A DNA stretch of 64,000 nucleotides from Microgenomates group bacterium Gr01-1014_5 (GTDB lineage Bacteria > Patescibacteriota > Microgenomatia > UBA8517 > UBA10165): positions 2,812 through 66,811 of the forward strand of contig VMGE01000006.1 of the NCBI GenBank assembly GCA_007376395.1, given 5' to 3'. A program made the translations under genes and the position numbers. The notes beneath the pieces are model-generated. The model saw only the letters and a program-made list of their open reading frames with translations. It made no database searches and was not told the DNA's origin. Positions 1-8,472 of this stretch are shown here, one piece after another; the stretch's first letter is position 1, and each line of letters opens with the position of its first letter.

Positions 1-470
1 TAGGTATTAACATTTCCTCCTTTGGCTGGCGCCGAAATGACCACGCGCTTGGCTCCTGCTTTAGCGTGTTTTTTGGCTCCTTCCTCGTCGGTAAAAACAC
101 CTGTTGCCTCAATGACGATTTCGACACCGAGTTTTTTCCAGGGAAGTTTCTCTGGATCGCGTTGTGCTAAAACTAAAGTTGTTTTGCCGCCTGCTCCGAT
201 CGAATCGGAGTTAACCATAATTTTTCCGATCTCAGGGGTTTCGTCAGTCGCTTCGTTCGCACTCCTGATTTTCTCAAAAGTTATTTCTCTGGGGAATTTT
301 CTGTAAGTTGTATCATATTTGACCAAATGTGCCCAACCTTCGACATCCATTGAACCTGATGTGTTCACAGCGACAATATCTAGTTTGTCTGAATAATTAA
401 GAAGCGCGATACGGAACGCGAGGCGTCCGATTCTTCCAAAACCGTTGATAGCAACACGGACAGACATAGT
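1..470 (-). CDS. gap: glyceraldehyde-3-phosphate dehydrogenase, N-terminal part (gene continues beyond window start)
   Basis: The reverse complement from 470 translates MSVRVAINGFGRIGRLAFRIALLN...SGSMDVEGWAHLVKYDTTYRKF, the classic GAPDH NAD-binding N-terminus. The +22..306 ORF in the track is the shadow frame. Confidence 0.85.
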
Positions 471-506
471 AAGATAAAGATACAGAAACAGACACAGATA
501 AGCAAC

Positions 507-860
507 CTATTTTCTCATTAATCCCGTTAACATCCTACAAATTTCTTCAGCTAAAACATATATTTTCTGTTTATATTTTTCATCTACATTAAGCAAGTTT
601 CGCTTACTTAATATAATTAATATACTCATAGACTCGTAAACAGAACCCTTAGATATATTATAGAAATTAGATGAATCTCTAACTGTTTTTCTCCCGCTTC
701 CTTCAGCTATATTGCTCGGAATTGATAGCGCACATCGCCTTAATTGTTCTCCAAATGAAAACTGGTATTTCTGAGGTAAACCATCTGCGATTTCTATAAG
801 TAGGTCTGCTAACTCTACAGCCTTCTCCCAAACTTTGAGCCTTTGAAATTGAAATGACAT
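507..860 (-). CDS. four-helix-bundle protein (23S rRNA intervening-sequence protein family, TIGR02436-like)
   Basis: 117 aa with the family motif ...ALSIPSNIAEGSGR... Two paralogs lie at 3224..3598 and 61652..62032. Confidence 0.6.
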   Translation of the reverse strand: MSFQFQRLKVWEKAVELADLLIEIADGLPQKYQFSFGEQLRRCALSIPSNIAEGSGRKTVRDSSNFYNISKGSVYESMSILIILSKRNLLNVDEKYKQKIYVLAEEICRMLTGLMRK

Positions 861-877
861 TTTCCGTATCTGTATCT

Positions 878-1933
878 CTATCTGTTTCTGAGTGCTAGGA
901 GTCCTGGCAGATCACCATATGCTAGATATTCCAACATTGCTCCACCGCCAGTTGAGATAAAATCTATTTTATCAGATATTCCGAGTTTGTGGAGCGCGTG
1001 GATTGTATCTCCGCCTCCCGCAATCTTGTAAGCCTTAGAATTGACCACTGCTTTCGCAACTATTTCTGTTCCTTCCCAGCGATTATTATCAATATCCCCC
1101 ATTGGCCCATTCCAAACAATTGTTTTTGCAGTTTTTATTACTTCGGCAAAATTGCGTGCCGAGTCAGGAGTAATATCCCGACCACTGCGGTTGACGTGGG
1201 CGGCGACAATACACATTTTTCCGTCGGTGTCGCGGCAATATGATTTAATTTTGTGCGGTAATACTCCACCAACCAAAACCGTGTCTGCGTGGCGAAATAG
1301 CTTGTCTACAAACACAACCTTGTCGTACTTTCCCCCACCGATAATCATAACAACCGGACGTTTAGGGAATTCTCCGCCTGAGGCGGATCCGCCTATGGAG
1401 GGTAAAACTTTTTCTAAATGCTCTACCTCTTCTGTTAATCTCTTGCCTGCCGCATGGGGTAAAAGTTTTGGTAATCCCACAACAGAAGCTGTTTCTCGGT
1501 GGCAAACTCCAAACGCATCGTTAACATAGATGTCGCCGTGTTCTGCTAAATATGCTGCATATTCCATCATTTCTTCTTTATCCCGAGCCGTGTCGAGGGA
1601 CTCGCCCGCATCAAAGCGCAAATTCTCCATCATATACATTTCTAAATTCTTAAATTTCTCCCGGCCTAAATAATCACGCATGAGTTTTTCTAAATGTTTT
1701 GCCACTGGTTCAAGACTGAGGCTTTCTACTACTTTACCGCCTGGCCTGCCGCGGTGGCCTAAAACAACAATTCTGCCCGAGCCTTGTTCAAGAAGATAAT
1801 CAATTGTAGGGATTGCGGCTTTGAGGCGATAATCTTCGGCAACTTTTCCGTCTTCGAGGGCGACGTCTAAATCGAGTCTGAGAAGTATTCTTTTTCCTTT
1901 TATTTTAAGATCTGTGAGTTTTGGCAGCTTCAC
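878..1933 (-). CDS. pgk: phosphoglycerate kinase
   Basis: 351 aa with PGK hallmarks: RLDLDV, YVNDAFGVCHRETAS, GGGDT, STGGGAMLE. Confidence 0.9.
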   Translation of the reverse strand: MKLPKLTDLKIKGKRILLRLDLDVALEDGKVAEDYRLKAAIPTIDYLLEQGSGRIVVLGHRGRPGGKVVESLSLEPVAKHLEKLMRDYLGREKFKNLEMYMMENLRFDAGESLDTARDKEEMMEYAAYLAEHGDIYVNDAFGVCHRETASVVGLPKLLPHAAGKRLTEEVEHLEKVLPSIGGSASGGEFPKRPVVMIIGGGKYDKVVFVDKLFRHADTVLVGGVLPHKIKSYCRDTDGKMCIVAAHVNRSGRDITPDSARNFAEVIKTAKTIVWNGPMGDIDNNRWEGTEIVAKAVVNSKAYKIAGGGDTIHALHKLGISDKIDFISTGGGAMLEYLAYGDLPGLLALRNR

Positions 1934-1945
1934 ATACCCATTGTA

Positions 1946-2386
1946 TCACTCTAACCGCGAGATCTTTTCCAGTCTTCTTTTATGTCTTTCTTCGCCCGAA
2001 AAATCAGTTTCTAAAAAGACTTTGACCATTTCTTTTGCCTCGTCGAGGCTTATATAATCTGCGCCTAACGACAAAACGTTAGCGTCGTTATGCTCACGAG
2101 CTTTCTTTGCCATTTCTACATTCATGCAAATTGCAGCCCTAACCCTTTTTATTTTATTAGCGGCGATTGCTTCACCATTACCTGAACGACCGATTACAAT
2201 TCCAAAAGCATCTTGTTCACTTGCCACTCTCTGAGCTACCGGGATAACAAAATCAGGATAATCGTCTTCTGGTTCTAAACTGTGTGCACCCAAATCTTCA
2301 ACCTGGGTTCCAAATTCTGACAAATGCTCTTTAAGTGACTCTTTTAAAGCATACCCGCCATGATCTGCACCTATATATACCTTCAT
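1946..2386 (-). CDS. rpiB: ribose-5-phosphate isomerase B (RpiB/LacAB family)
   Basis: 146 aa with N-terminus MKVYIGADHGGYALKE and the size and motifs of RpiB. Confidence 0.8.
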   Translation of the reverse strand: MKVYIGADHGGYALKESLKEHLSEFGTQVEDLGAHSLEPEDDYPDFVIPVAQRVASEQDAFGIVIGRSGNGEAIAANKIKRVRAAICMNVEMAKKAREHNDANVLSLGADYISLDEAKEMVKVFLETDFSGEERHKRRLEKISRLE

Positions 2387-2494
2387 AATTTACAATTTAC
2401 AATTTTTAATTTTCATTCAAGTCTCAATAACTCAATGTTTAAAACATTTTAAAATTGAAAATTCATTGAAAATTGAGAAATGAAAATTTTAAAT

Positions 2495-3184
2495 TTATTT
2501 AAACCCTTCTGCCAATTCTAGCACTTTAGCTTTAATATCTTCTGCGTGAATTATTGCCGATGATAGTGCAATCCCGACAGCCCCGTACTCCACACAACTT
2601 ACCGCATCCTCCTTATCCTTAATACCTGCGCCTACTATTAATGGTATACCTTGGGATTTCAATCGATCCGCCGCCTCTTTGATTGATTTGGGTTTTGATT
2701 TGGCAACAGAAGTGTCAGGTGATCCAATTAATTCCGGCGGCTCGTAAGCGATATAAGTCGGAATAATTTTCGGTTCTAAAATTTTATCGATCTCGTCAAT
2801 CGAAGAAGCAAAAACTAAGGTTTTTAATTCGTATTCGTTGCACTGGTTGATAACTTTGGAGAGAAGTGTATATCCGTCGTATTTGTGCTCTGAATGGTTT
2901 AAAAATACGCCAGAAATTCCGCTTGCCCCGCGAAGCTTTAGCGAAGTGGGGTGCCATTCTTTTAAAGTTTCCACCGGGCTTTTACCCGTTCCCCCGTTAA
3001 AATCTGCGTGTTGAGCCCAAATCTCGCCATCCCAAAATTCCCGGCACATCCAGATATCTAAGTCATGCGGCACGGGAATAATCGGCACGCGGGTCTCTTT
3101 TTGTGCCAGTGCAAGCTCTTTTACCAACTTTTCAGCATTTGCCCCTGTGGCGCGTACAGAGCTTTTGAAGTTAACAAATATCAT
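2495..3184 (-). CDS. tpiA: triosephosphate isomerase, archaeal-type short form
   Basis: 229 aa. LNHSEHK and IAYEPPELIGS resemble archaeal TIM (NHSE / VEPPELIGTG) rather than bacterial GHSERR / AYEPVWAIGTG. It closes the gap-pgk-tpi block. Confidence 0.7.
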   Translation of the reverse strand: MIFVNFKSSVRATGANAEKLVKELALAQKETRVPIIPVPHDLDIWMCREFWDGEIWAQHADFNGGTGKSPVETLKEWHPTSLKLRGASGISGVFLNHSEHKYDGYTLLSKVINQCNEYELKTLVFASSIDEIDKILEPKIIPTYIAYEPPELIGSPDTSVAKSKPKSIKEAADRLKSQGIPLIVGAGIKDKEDAVSCVEYGAVGIALSSAIIHAEDIKAKVLELAEGFK

Positions 3185-3223
3185 GATTAAGGATAAGTAG
3201 TCAGTTGTGGGTAGTGAGAAATA

Positions 3224-3598
3224 TCACTTCCAACTTTCTCCTAAACGATAAAGTTGTTTGCCCGCAATTTCATACTCCTCTACTAGATTACCACAAATTG
3301 ACACATTTATGAGCTTGGGGTAGAGATCGCGAATGAGTAAAAGGTGAACAACAGATTCATTGCATTCCCCCACCGCGTCGCGAAGATACTTACGCCATTC
3401 TTTCGCAGACTGCCTTCTGGCATACCCCTCGGCTATTAAAGCTGGTGGTGATTTGGTTGAACGATTGAGTTGATCTCTTAATCCGTACTTTTCTTGTACG
3501 GGCAATTTAGGGAGTATTTCTTTGTGAACAGCAAGAGCCAGCCTGTAAAGACGCTTGTAAACGTCAAGATCTCTAAAACTTACAATTTTTAGACCCAT
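3224..3598 (-). CDS. four-helix-bundle protein (TIGR02436-like)
   Basis: 124 aa with the motif ...PALIAEGYARRQ...; paralog of 507..860. Confidence 0.6.
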   Translation of the reverse strand: MGLKIVSFRDLDVYKRLYRLALAVHKEILPKLPVQEKYGLRDQLNRSTKSPPALIAEGYARRQSAKEWRKYLRDAVGECNESVVHLLLIRDLYPKLINVSICGNLVEEYEIAGKQLYRLGESWK

Positions 3599-3634
3599 TT
3601 CTCACTACTTACTACCCACTACTCACAACCTTGG

Positions 3635-4084
3635 TTACTTTACAGTAACCGCGCCTTCCATTCCCAGCTGGCGATGGTTGCCCACACTGCAAAAGAAAGT
3701 GTAAATTCCGCTTTTATCGGGTGTAAAAGTGATTGTGTCTTCCTTACCTCCACCGATCACCTTTGTTCTTACTCCAAGCTCTGAAATCACTAAGTCGTGG
3801 GGTAGAGTTCCTGTGTTTTTATAAACAACCTTTACGCTCTTCCCGGCTTCCAGATTAATTGATTTGGGGGTGAAATTGTATTCAGACCCTGAGACACTAA
3901 TAATTGTCGCTGTTTCTGTTTGTCCGGGCGTGACCAAGGGCGCAGATTCTGTTGCGGCTGGCGCTTGAGTTTGCTGTTCTTGAAATACTCCCGTACTCTT
4001 GTTGGATGTTTGACCTACCGCCAGGTAAACGATTACGGCAATTGGAACTAAAATACCACTTCCGATAATTATTCCTTTATTCAT
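3635..4084 (-). CDS. membrane-anchored cupredoxin (blue copper protein, plastocyanin/azurin-like)
   Basis: Type-1 Cu ligands PHD...FFCSVGNHRQLGMEG (H, C, H, M). A probable start ATG at 4084 is preceded by AGGAGG (4090-4095). The longer track ORF overlaps the ZIP gene. Confidence 0.6.
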   Translation of the reverse strand: MNKGIIIGSGILVPIAVIVYLAVGQTSNKSTGVFQEQQTQAPAATESAPLVTPGQTETATIISVSGSEYNFTPKSINLEAGKSVKVVYKNTGTLPHDLVISELGVRTKVIGGGKEDTITFTPDKSGIYTFFCSVGNHRQLGMEGAVTVK

Positions 4085-4143
4085 TGTCCTCCTAAATAAT
4101 AACCCAATAAAGGCAAGGAGAACACCCTGTAATTTAGACAACT

Positions 4144-4896
4144 TCATTCTGCGTGCGGAAGAATACCTATCAATATCCACATTACAGCTACGCCCAACAA
4201 AAGAAGCGCTGCCTGGTGCCAAGGTTTATCTCGGTGGTCTTCTTGAACTTCAGGAAGTAAGTCTGACGCGGCAATGTATAAAAACAGCCCTCCGGCAATA
4301 GCCAGCATAAGTCCTAAATTGGTTTCGAAAGTCTGGGCAAACGCTAAAACAGTAAAAGCTCCCAAATAAGTAGCCAGCGCAGAACCCAAATTGACTAAAA
4401 TCGCGCGGGCTTTAGACCAGCCGGCAGACAGCATTAAACCAAAATCACCCAATTCGTGCGGAACTTCGTGCATAAAAGTAGAAATTGCCACCAAAACCCC
4501 CAAAGAAGGCTCGACTAAATATGCAGTAGCAATAGCTACGCCATCGATAAAATTATGAATGGTATCCCCAGCAACAACCAAAGGCATTGAAGATTTCAAG
4601 GTCGTTCTTGCGTGTTCTTCGTGATGGTGTAAATGCATAAAAAACTGCTCAAAGAAAAAGGCAACTACCATTACTATTAAAACCACGCGCAGAACAAATC
4701 CGGCATTTGACACTTCTATCGCCTCTGGTAAAACATCCAGCAAGGAAACGGAAAGCATCACGCCTGCTGCAAAAGGAATGGCATGAATCGAAATTACCTT
4801 GCGCAGCGAGGCACGGGAAAGCATGAGGATTCCTCCTGCCAAACCCAGCACACTGCCAAGTGTTGCCAAGCCAAAAACTGCTAAAAATTGCTCCAT
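4144..4896 (-). CDS. zupT: ZIP family metal (Zn/Fe) transporter
   Basis: 250 aa, multi-TM, with HNFIDGVAIA and HEVPHELGDFG motifs typical of ZupT/ZIP. Confidence 0.8.
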   Translation of the reverse strand: MEQFLAVFGLATLGSVLGLAGGILMLSRASLRKVISIHAIPFAAGVMLSVSLLDVLPEAIEVSNAGFVLRVVLIVMVVAFFFEQFFMHLHHHEEHARTTLKSSMPLVVAGDTIHNFIDGVAIATAYLVEPSLGVLVAISTFMHEVPHELGDFGLMLSAGWSKARAILVNLGSALATYLGAFTVLAFAQTFETNLGLMLAIAGGLFLYIAASDLLPEVQEDHRDKPWHQAALLLLGVAVMWILIGILPHAE

Positions 4897-5010
4897 AAAT
4901 CACCGCATATTTACCGCGTTATTTCCGAAACGTACAAATTTAATTATAAATTTTACGTTTCTGGGACGTTTAATTTCAGGAAAATTATTACGTCCCGGAC
5001 TGTCTAAACT

Positions 5011-5205
5011 TTAAGCGCCCATTCTTGTATAAATTCCAAAAGTAGCCAAGACTCCGGCAACAACGAGCCATTGAGTTGCAGTAAGCCAAAAGCTAATTCC
5101 TAAAAAGTCCAGAGCAGAAAGACCTACTGCCGCAACTGCTCCCCAAACTAAATAATGTGAATAACGGCGCAAATCTTTATTATTAACCGATGTTTTCTTT
5201 GCCAT
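5011..5205 (-). CDS. small 2-TM membrane protein, hypothetical
   Basis: 64 aa with a basic N-terminus followed by two hydrophobic helices. Confidence 0.35.
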   Translation of the reverse strand: MAKKTSVNNKDLRRYSHYLVWGAVAAVGLSALDFLGISFWLTATQWLVVAGVLATFGIYTRMGA

Positions 5206-5401
5206 TTACCCTCACCACCCTTCGCCTCCGCTTGTTATATATAAAAATATTGGCGAACCCCTACCGTAGCTTTAGCGGAGGGGGGTTTCCCCCTTTAATT
5301 CGGCTACGTAAGTGGCAGGCCACCCTTAATCAACTAACATATCCATTGTAGACAAGTTTTGTTCTCTTGAAAAGCCGATCTTTTAATGTCAGAATATATT
5401 T

Positions 5402-5794
5402 ATGCAAAAACTGTTCCTGTTTTTGGTCGTTTGTTTTCTGTCTTTACTTTTTTTTACTTCCAGCGCTGAGGCAAAACACAATACAAAATCAAGTAAAAAT
5501 CCTGCTTTTTCAGCCTCTTTAGCCAAGAACAAATTGTCAGTTTCTGCAAGTTTTTCCAACCTTACCAACGTCAAAACTATTACTTATCAACTTACTTACG
5601 ATTCAAACAAAGGTCAGCAGGGAGCAGCCGGTACTATTAAAGTCGGTAAGTTAAAATCTACTTCCAGAAAACTTCTTTTGGGCACTTGTTCGGGAAGAGT
5701 CTGCAGCTACCACCGCGACGTTAGTAATATCAGGCTTTCTGTTGACTTTAACCTAAAGTCCGGCGGCGTTGTTTCGTACGAGAAAAAACTGTAA
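5402..5794 (+). CDS. secreted hypothetical protein with signal peptide
   Basis: N-terminal hydrophobic leader ending ...SSAEA, then a Ser/Lys-rich mature part. Confidence 0.45.
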   Translation: MQKLFLFLVVCFLSLLFFTSSAEAKHNTKSSKNPAFSASLAKNKLSVSASFSNLTNVKTITYQLTYDSNKGQQGAAGTIKVGKLKSTSRKLLLGTCSGRVCSYHRDVSNIRLSVDFNLKSGGVVSYEKKL

Positions 5795-7354
5795 TTAAGT
5801 TCTTGGCCGGATCCGCCACTTTTCAACCCCATACCCGCTTATTTCTGTTTCATCTACCTTTTCTCCTCTCTCAAATTTAATTTTCTCCCGCCATTTAGAG
5901 TACGAATTCCGATCCCCGCCGGGCTCAATAATTAAGAAGCGGAGGTTGTCACAGCCTAACGTCGGTTGTGTATATGCGAGAGGCTTTAGCACATATGTAT
6001 CTTTTAAAAACCCCGGAAAGAGGTTGTATTCGCAAGGGACAAATCCATATTTTTCGCGCCCTTTCCACCAAAAGAGATACTGGTTTTGGTAATCGTAGAC
6101 GTGCGGACTGTAAGTATAAACATTAAAACCATCCTCTTCGTTGTGGGTATAAATCCAGTCTAAAACCTTTAACTGGTTTGCCAAAATCCCGGGATCGTCT
6201 GACGAAGTCAAATACTGTTTATATCTTTCCTGGAAAAGTTGTCCCTGAGCCAGTATAACTAGCGCTAAAAGCATAAAACCTATCTTTTTGGGAATACTCA
6301 CCAGCATTAAAACTAGGCCTATGAAAGTTAAAAGATAAAGATAGATTGTGTGCCATTCACGCCAAGCCGTATTACTGCCAAAAAACAAGAACGATATAAG
6401 CCAAAAAAGGACTGTTAGAAAAACGAATGAGCGCACAAAGCGGTTCTGCGAATTTCTTAAAAACCAGTACGCCAGTACGCCAACCACTAACACACTGGCC
6501 AAAAGGCTTTGGGGGATAATACTGCGGGCAAATATCTCACTAAACCTTAAAGTGATTTCAGAAAAGTTTGTACTGGCAAAAAACCCGCGCTCCCCCACAA
6601 CTCCGGCGCTTACAAGACTGCTTATTGAAAATTGTTTAAAAAGCTGTAAAAGAATTGGTGAGAAAAAAATAAGCGGAATAATAAAAGTAGTAGTTATGTA
6701 ATGTTTTAGTTTGAGTATTCTACCCTTTACGCCCCAAGCGCCGACTACCAGTTGCAGTAAAAACATCACAACTGCGACAGCTACGGCACAATTAAATGCT
6801 AAAATAAGCGGAATAAAGGCTAGATAGTAATTTTTTTGTTTGCTTGCCCCGCCGCCAGGCGAGCCAGACAAGAAACCAGATAATAAAAACAATTGCCACA
6901 ATGTTAAGAACCCTACAGGAAAGGGATTAAATTCGTATCTAGAAAGCTCATAAAAGTACCAATACCCCTGGAGGGCAAACCCTGCAATAAGCCCAGCCAG
7001 CGGCGAAACGCGCCTTGAAACCCACCACATCACAAGAGCTGTTGTGCCTAGACTGAGAAGAATCAGCATAAAGATTCCGCCCACCGGATGGCCGTTAAAA
7101 AGAAGGTAACCGGGAGCCAAAAAGTAATACCAGAGAGGTCCGGCAAACACCCCGGGCATTGAGGTTTCAGGACCTTTGGTTAATATCCGCCCATATTCAA
7201 CAATCTCGCGGACGTGCACTGCGTTATTTCCCTGGTCTGTGGTGAAGTAAAAATTATAGTTTTGTGGGGGGATGATGCGGATAGCAAACTGTGCTACTAG
7301 TATAAGTGTAAAAAGAAGCCAAAAAATACGTTTGTTCATACCCAATTCTAGCAT
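5795..7354 (-). CDS. polytopic membrane glycosyltransferase, GT-C fold (ArnT/PMT family 39-like)
   Basis: 519 aa with about 12 TM segments followed by a soluble C-terminal domain, the ArnT/PMT architecture. An alternative start MNKRIFW lies at 7339. Confidence 0.45.
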   Translation of the reverse strand: MLELGMNKRIFWLLFTLILVAQFAIRIIPPQNYNFYFTTDQGNNAVHVREIVEYGRILTKGPETSMPGVFAGPLWYYFLAPGYLLFNGHPVGGIFMLILLSLGTTALVMWWVSRRVSPLAGLIAGFALQGYWYFYELSRYEFNPFPVGFLTLWQLFLLSGFLSGSPGGGASKQKNYYLAFIPLILAFNCAVAVAVVMFLLQLVVGAWGVKGRILKLKHYITTTFIIPLIFFSPILLQLFKQFSISSLVSAGVVGERGFFASTNFSEITLRFSEIFARSIIPQSLLASVLVVGVLAYWFLRNSQNRFVRSFVFLTVLFWLISFLFFGSNTAWREWHTIYLYLLTFIGLVLMLVSIPKKIGFMLLALVILAQGQLFQERYKQYLTSSDDPGILANQLKVLDWIYTHNEEDGFNVYTYSPHVYDYQNQYLFWWKGREKYGFVPCEYNLFPGFLKDTYVLKPLAYTQPTLGCDNLRFLIIEPGGDRNSYSKWREKIKFERGEKVDETEISGYGVEKWRIRPRT

Positions 7355-7443
7355 GGAAAAATCATGACAACTTCAGCTATTTACGAACCTTGATTGTTAG
7401 TTTGAATAATTGATAATCGTAAGTACAGTAGTTAGACTAAAAT

Positions 7444-8118
7444 ATGGGTTATTATGGAAGACTAGAAGAGAAATTAAAAGCTCAAAAACTTCGAAAACAA
7501 GGACTTTCTTATGGTGAAATTATGCTTCAACTCCCAGTTTCCAAGAGCAGTCTAAGTGACTGGTGTAAGGAGATTCCACTTACAAAAAAGCAAGAACTCA
7601 GACTTCTCCGTTTGAAGTCACTGGGACAAAGAAAAGGTTCAATCATAGCCGCACAAAATAAAAGGCGCTTTAGAATTTGTAGAACAAAAGAGATTTTCAA
7701 AATGGCAAAACAAGAGTTAGGCAGGATTAGTTATAGAGATAAATTTATCGCAGGAATTGCTCTCTACTCTGGCGAGGGAAACAAAACTGACGGTCAAGGC
7801 GGATTTGCAAATTCGGATCCTAAATTAATTAATTTTATGATGAAATGGTTTCAAAGATATTGCAATATCCCAATGTCAAAATTCAGGGGTTCAATTTGGT
7901 TACATGAAGGCTTGAACGAAAAACAATCTAAACAGTATTGGTCAGACCTCACAGGAATACCGATCAACCAGTTCTATAAAACTTATATTGCTAAAAATAA
8001 GATAGGGAGTAGAAAAATCAGGAAGAATATTCACAAGTTTGGAGTGTTTTCAATTAACTTTTTGGACTCACAACAGCAGAGGAGAATAATAGGCTTAATC
8101 TCTGGAGTTGTTCGTTGA
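7444..8118 (+). CDS. HTH-domain protein with possible degenerate LAGLIDADG homing-endonuclease-like core
   Basis: N-terminal HTH (LRKQGLSYGEIMLQLPVSKSSLSDWCK) and a FIAGIALYSGEGNK segment resembling LAGLIDADG. It sits immediately 5' of the intron-containing tRNA. Confidence 0.35.
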   Translation: MGYYGRLEEKLKAQKLRKQGLSYGEIMLQLPVSKSSLSDWCKEIPLTKKQELRLLRLKSLGQRKGSIIAAQNKRRFRICRTKEIFKMAKQELGRISYRDKFIAGIALYSGEGNKTDGQGGFANSDPKLINFMMKWFQRYCNIPMSKFRGSIWLHEGLNEKQSKQYWSDLTGIPINQFYKTYIAKNKIGSRKIRKNIHKFGVFSINFLDSQQQRRIIGLISGVVR

Positions 8119-8148
8119 AGAATGGTATAATTGTGCGTACTTTAATAA

Positions 8149-8418
8149 TCCCCTGTAGCTCAGCGGTAGAGCAGGAAACTGTGTTAGCAGCTCTCGATAG
8201 AAATGTCGGGATGAAAAGTGGGTGAATTCAGGGAACGGTCGCCTGAGGCGACTAATCCTGAGCCAAGTCCTGAGAGAAATCGAAGGAAAGGTGCAGAGAC
8301 TAGGTGATTACACCCTCGAGCGCCCACCACCTAAATCCTGAGTAAAACCGAAGGACAAGGTGATGAGATAGTCCAAAAAGTAATTTCAAGGTCGTAGGTT
8401 CGAATCCTACCGGGGGAG
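8149..8418 (+). tRNA. tRNA-Asn(GUU) interrupted by a group I intron. Exons are 8149..8182 and 8381..8418, and the intron lies after anticodon position 35.
   Basis: The spliced sequence UCCCCUGUAGCUCAGCGGUAGAGCAGGAAACUGU|UAAUUUCAAGGUCGUAGGUUCGAAUCCUACCGGGGGAG folds as a cloverleaf. It closely matches bacterial tRNA-Asn, including discriminator G. Confidence 0.7.
8183..8380 (+). ncRNA. group I self-splicing intron, subgroup IC3-like (198 nt)
   Basis: The 5' exon ends in U, forming a U.G pair with the internal guide GCAG at 8187-8190, and the intron ends in G. The internal GGUGCAGAGACUAG...CCCACCUAA and GAGCCAAG strings match conserved P7/P3 regions of the Azoarcus tRNA-Ile and cyanobacterial tRNA IC3 introns. 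Confidence 0.65.
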
Positions 8419-8472
8419 CAATGATATTTTGCAGGAAAAATGAAGATAACCTTCTAATATACAAAAAAATAA

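Noticed and set aside
22-306. 94-aa plus-strand ORF at the window start
   Set aside because: It is the shadow frame of the minus-strand gap gene, whose translation is an unmistakable GAPDH N-terminus.
4649-4903. 84-aa minus-strand ORF overlapping the ZIP transporter
   Set aside because: Alternative frame inside a well-supported gene; the translation is Cys/Arg-rich junk.
8149-8418. Interpretation of the interrupted tRNA as two split tRNA halves or a tRNA pseudogene
   Set aside because: The intervening 198 nt carries group I P1 (U.G), terminal G and IC3 core motifs, and the exons join into a complete tRNA-Asn, so an intron is the better explanation.
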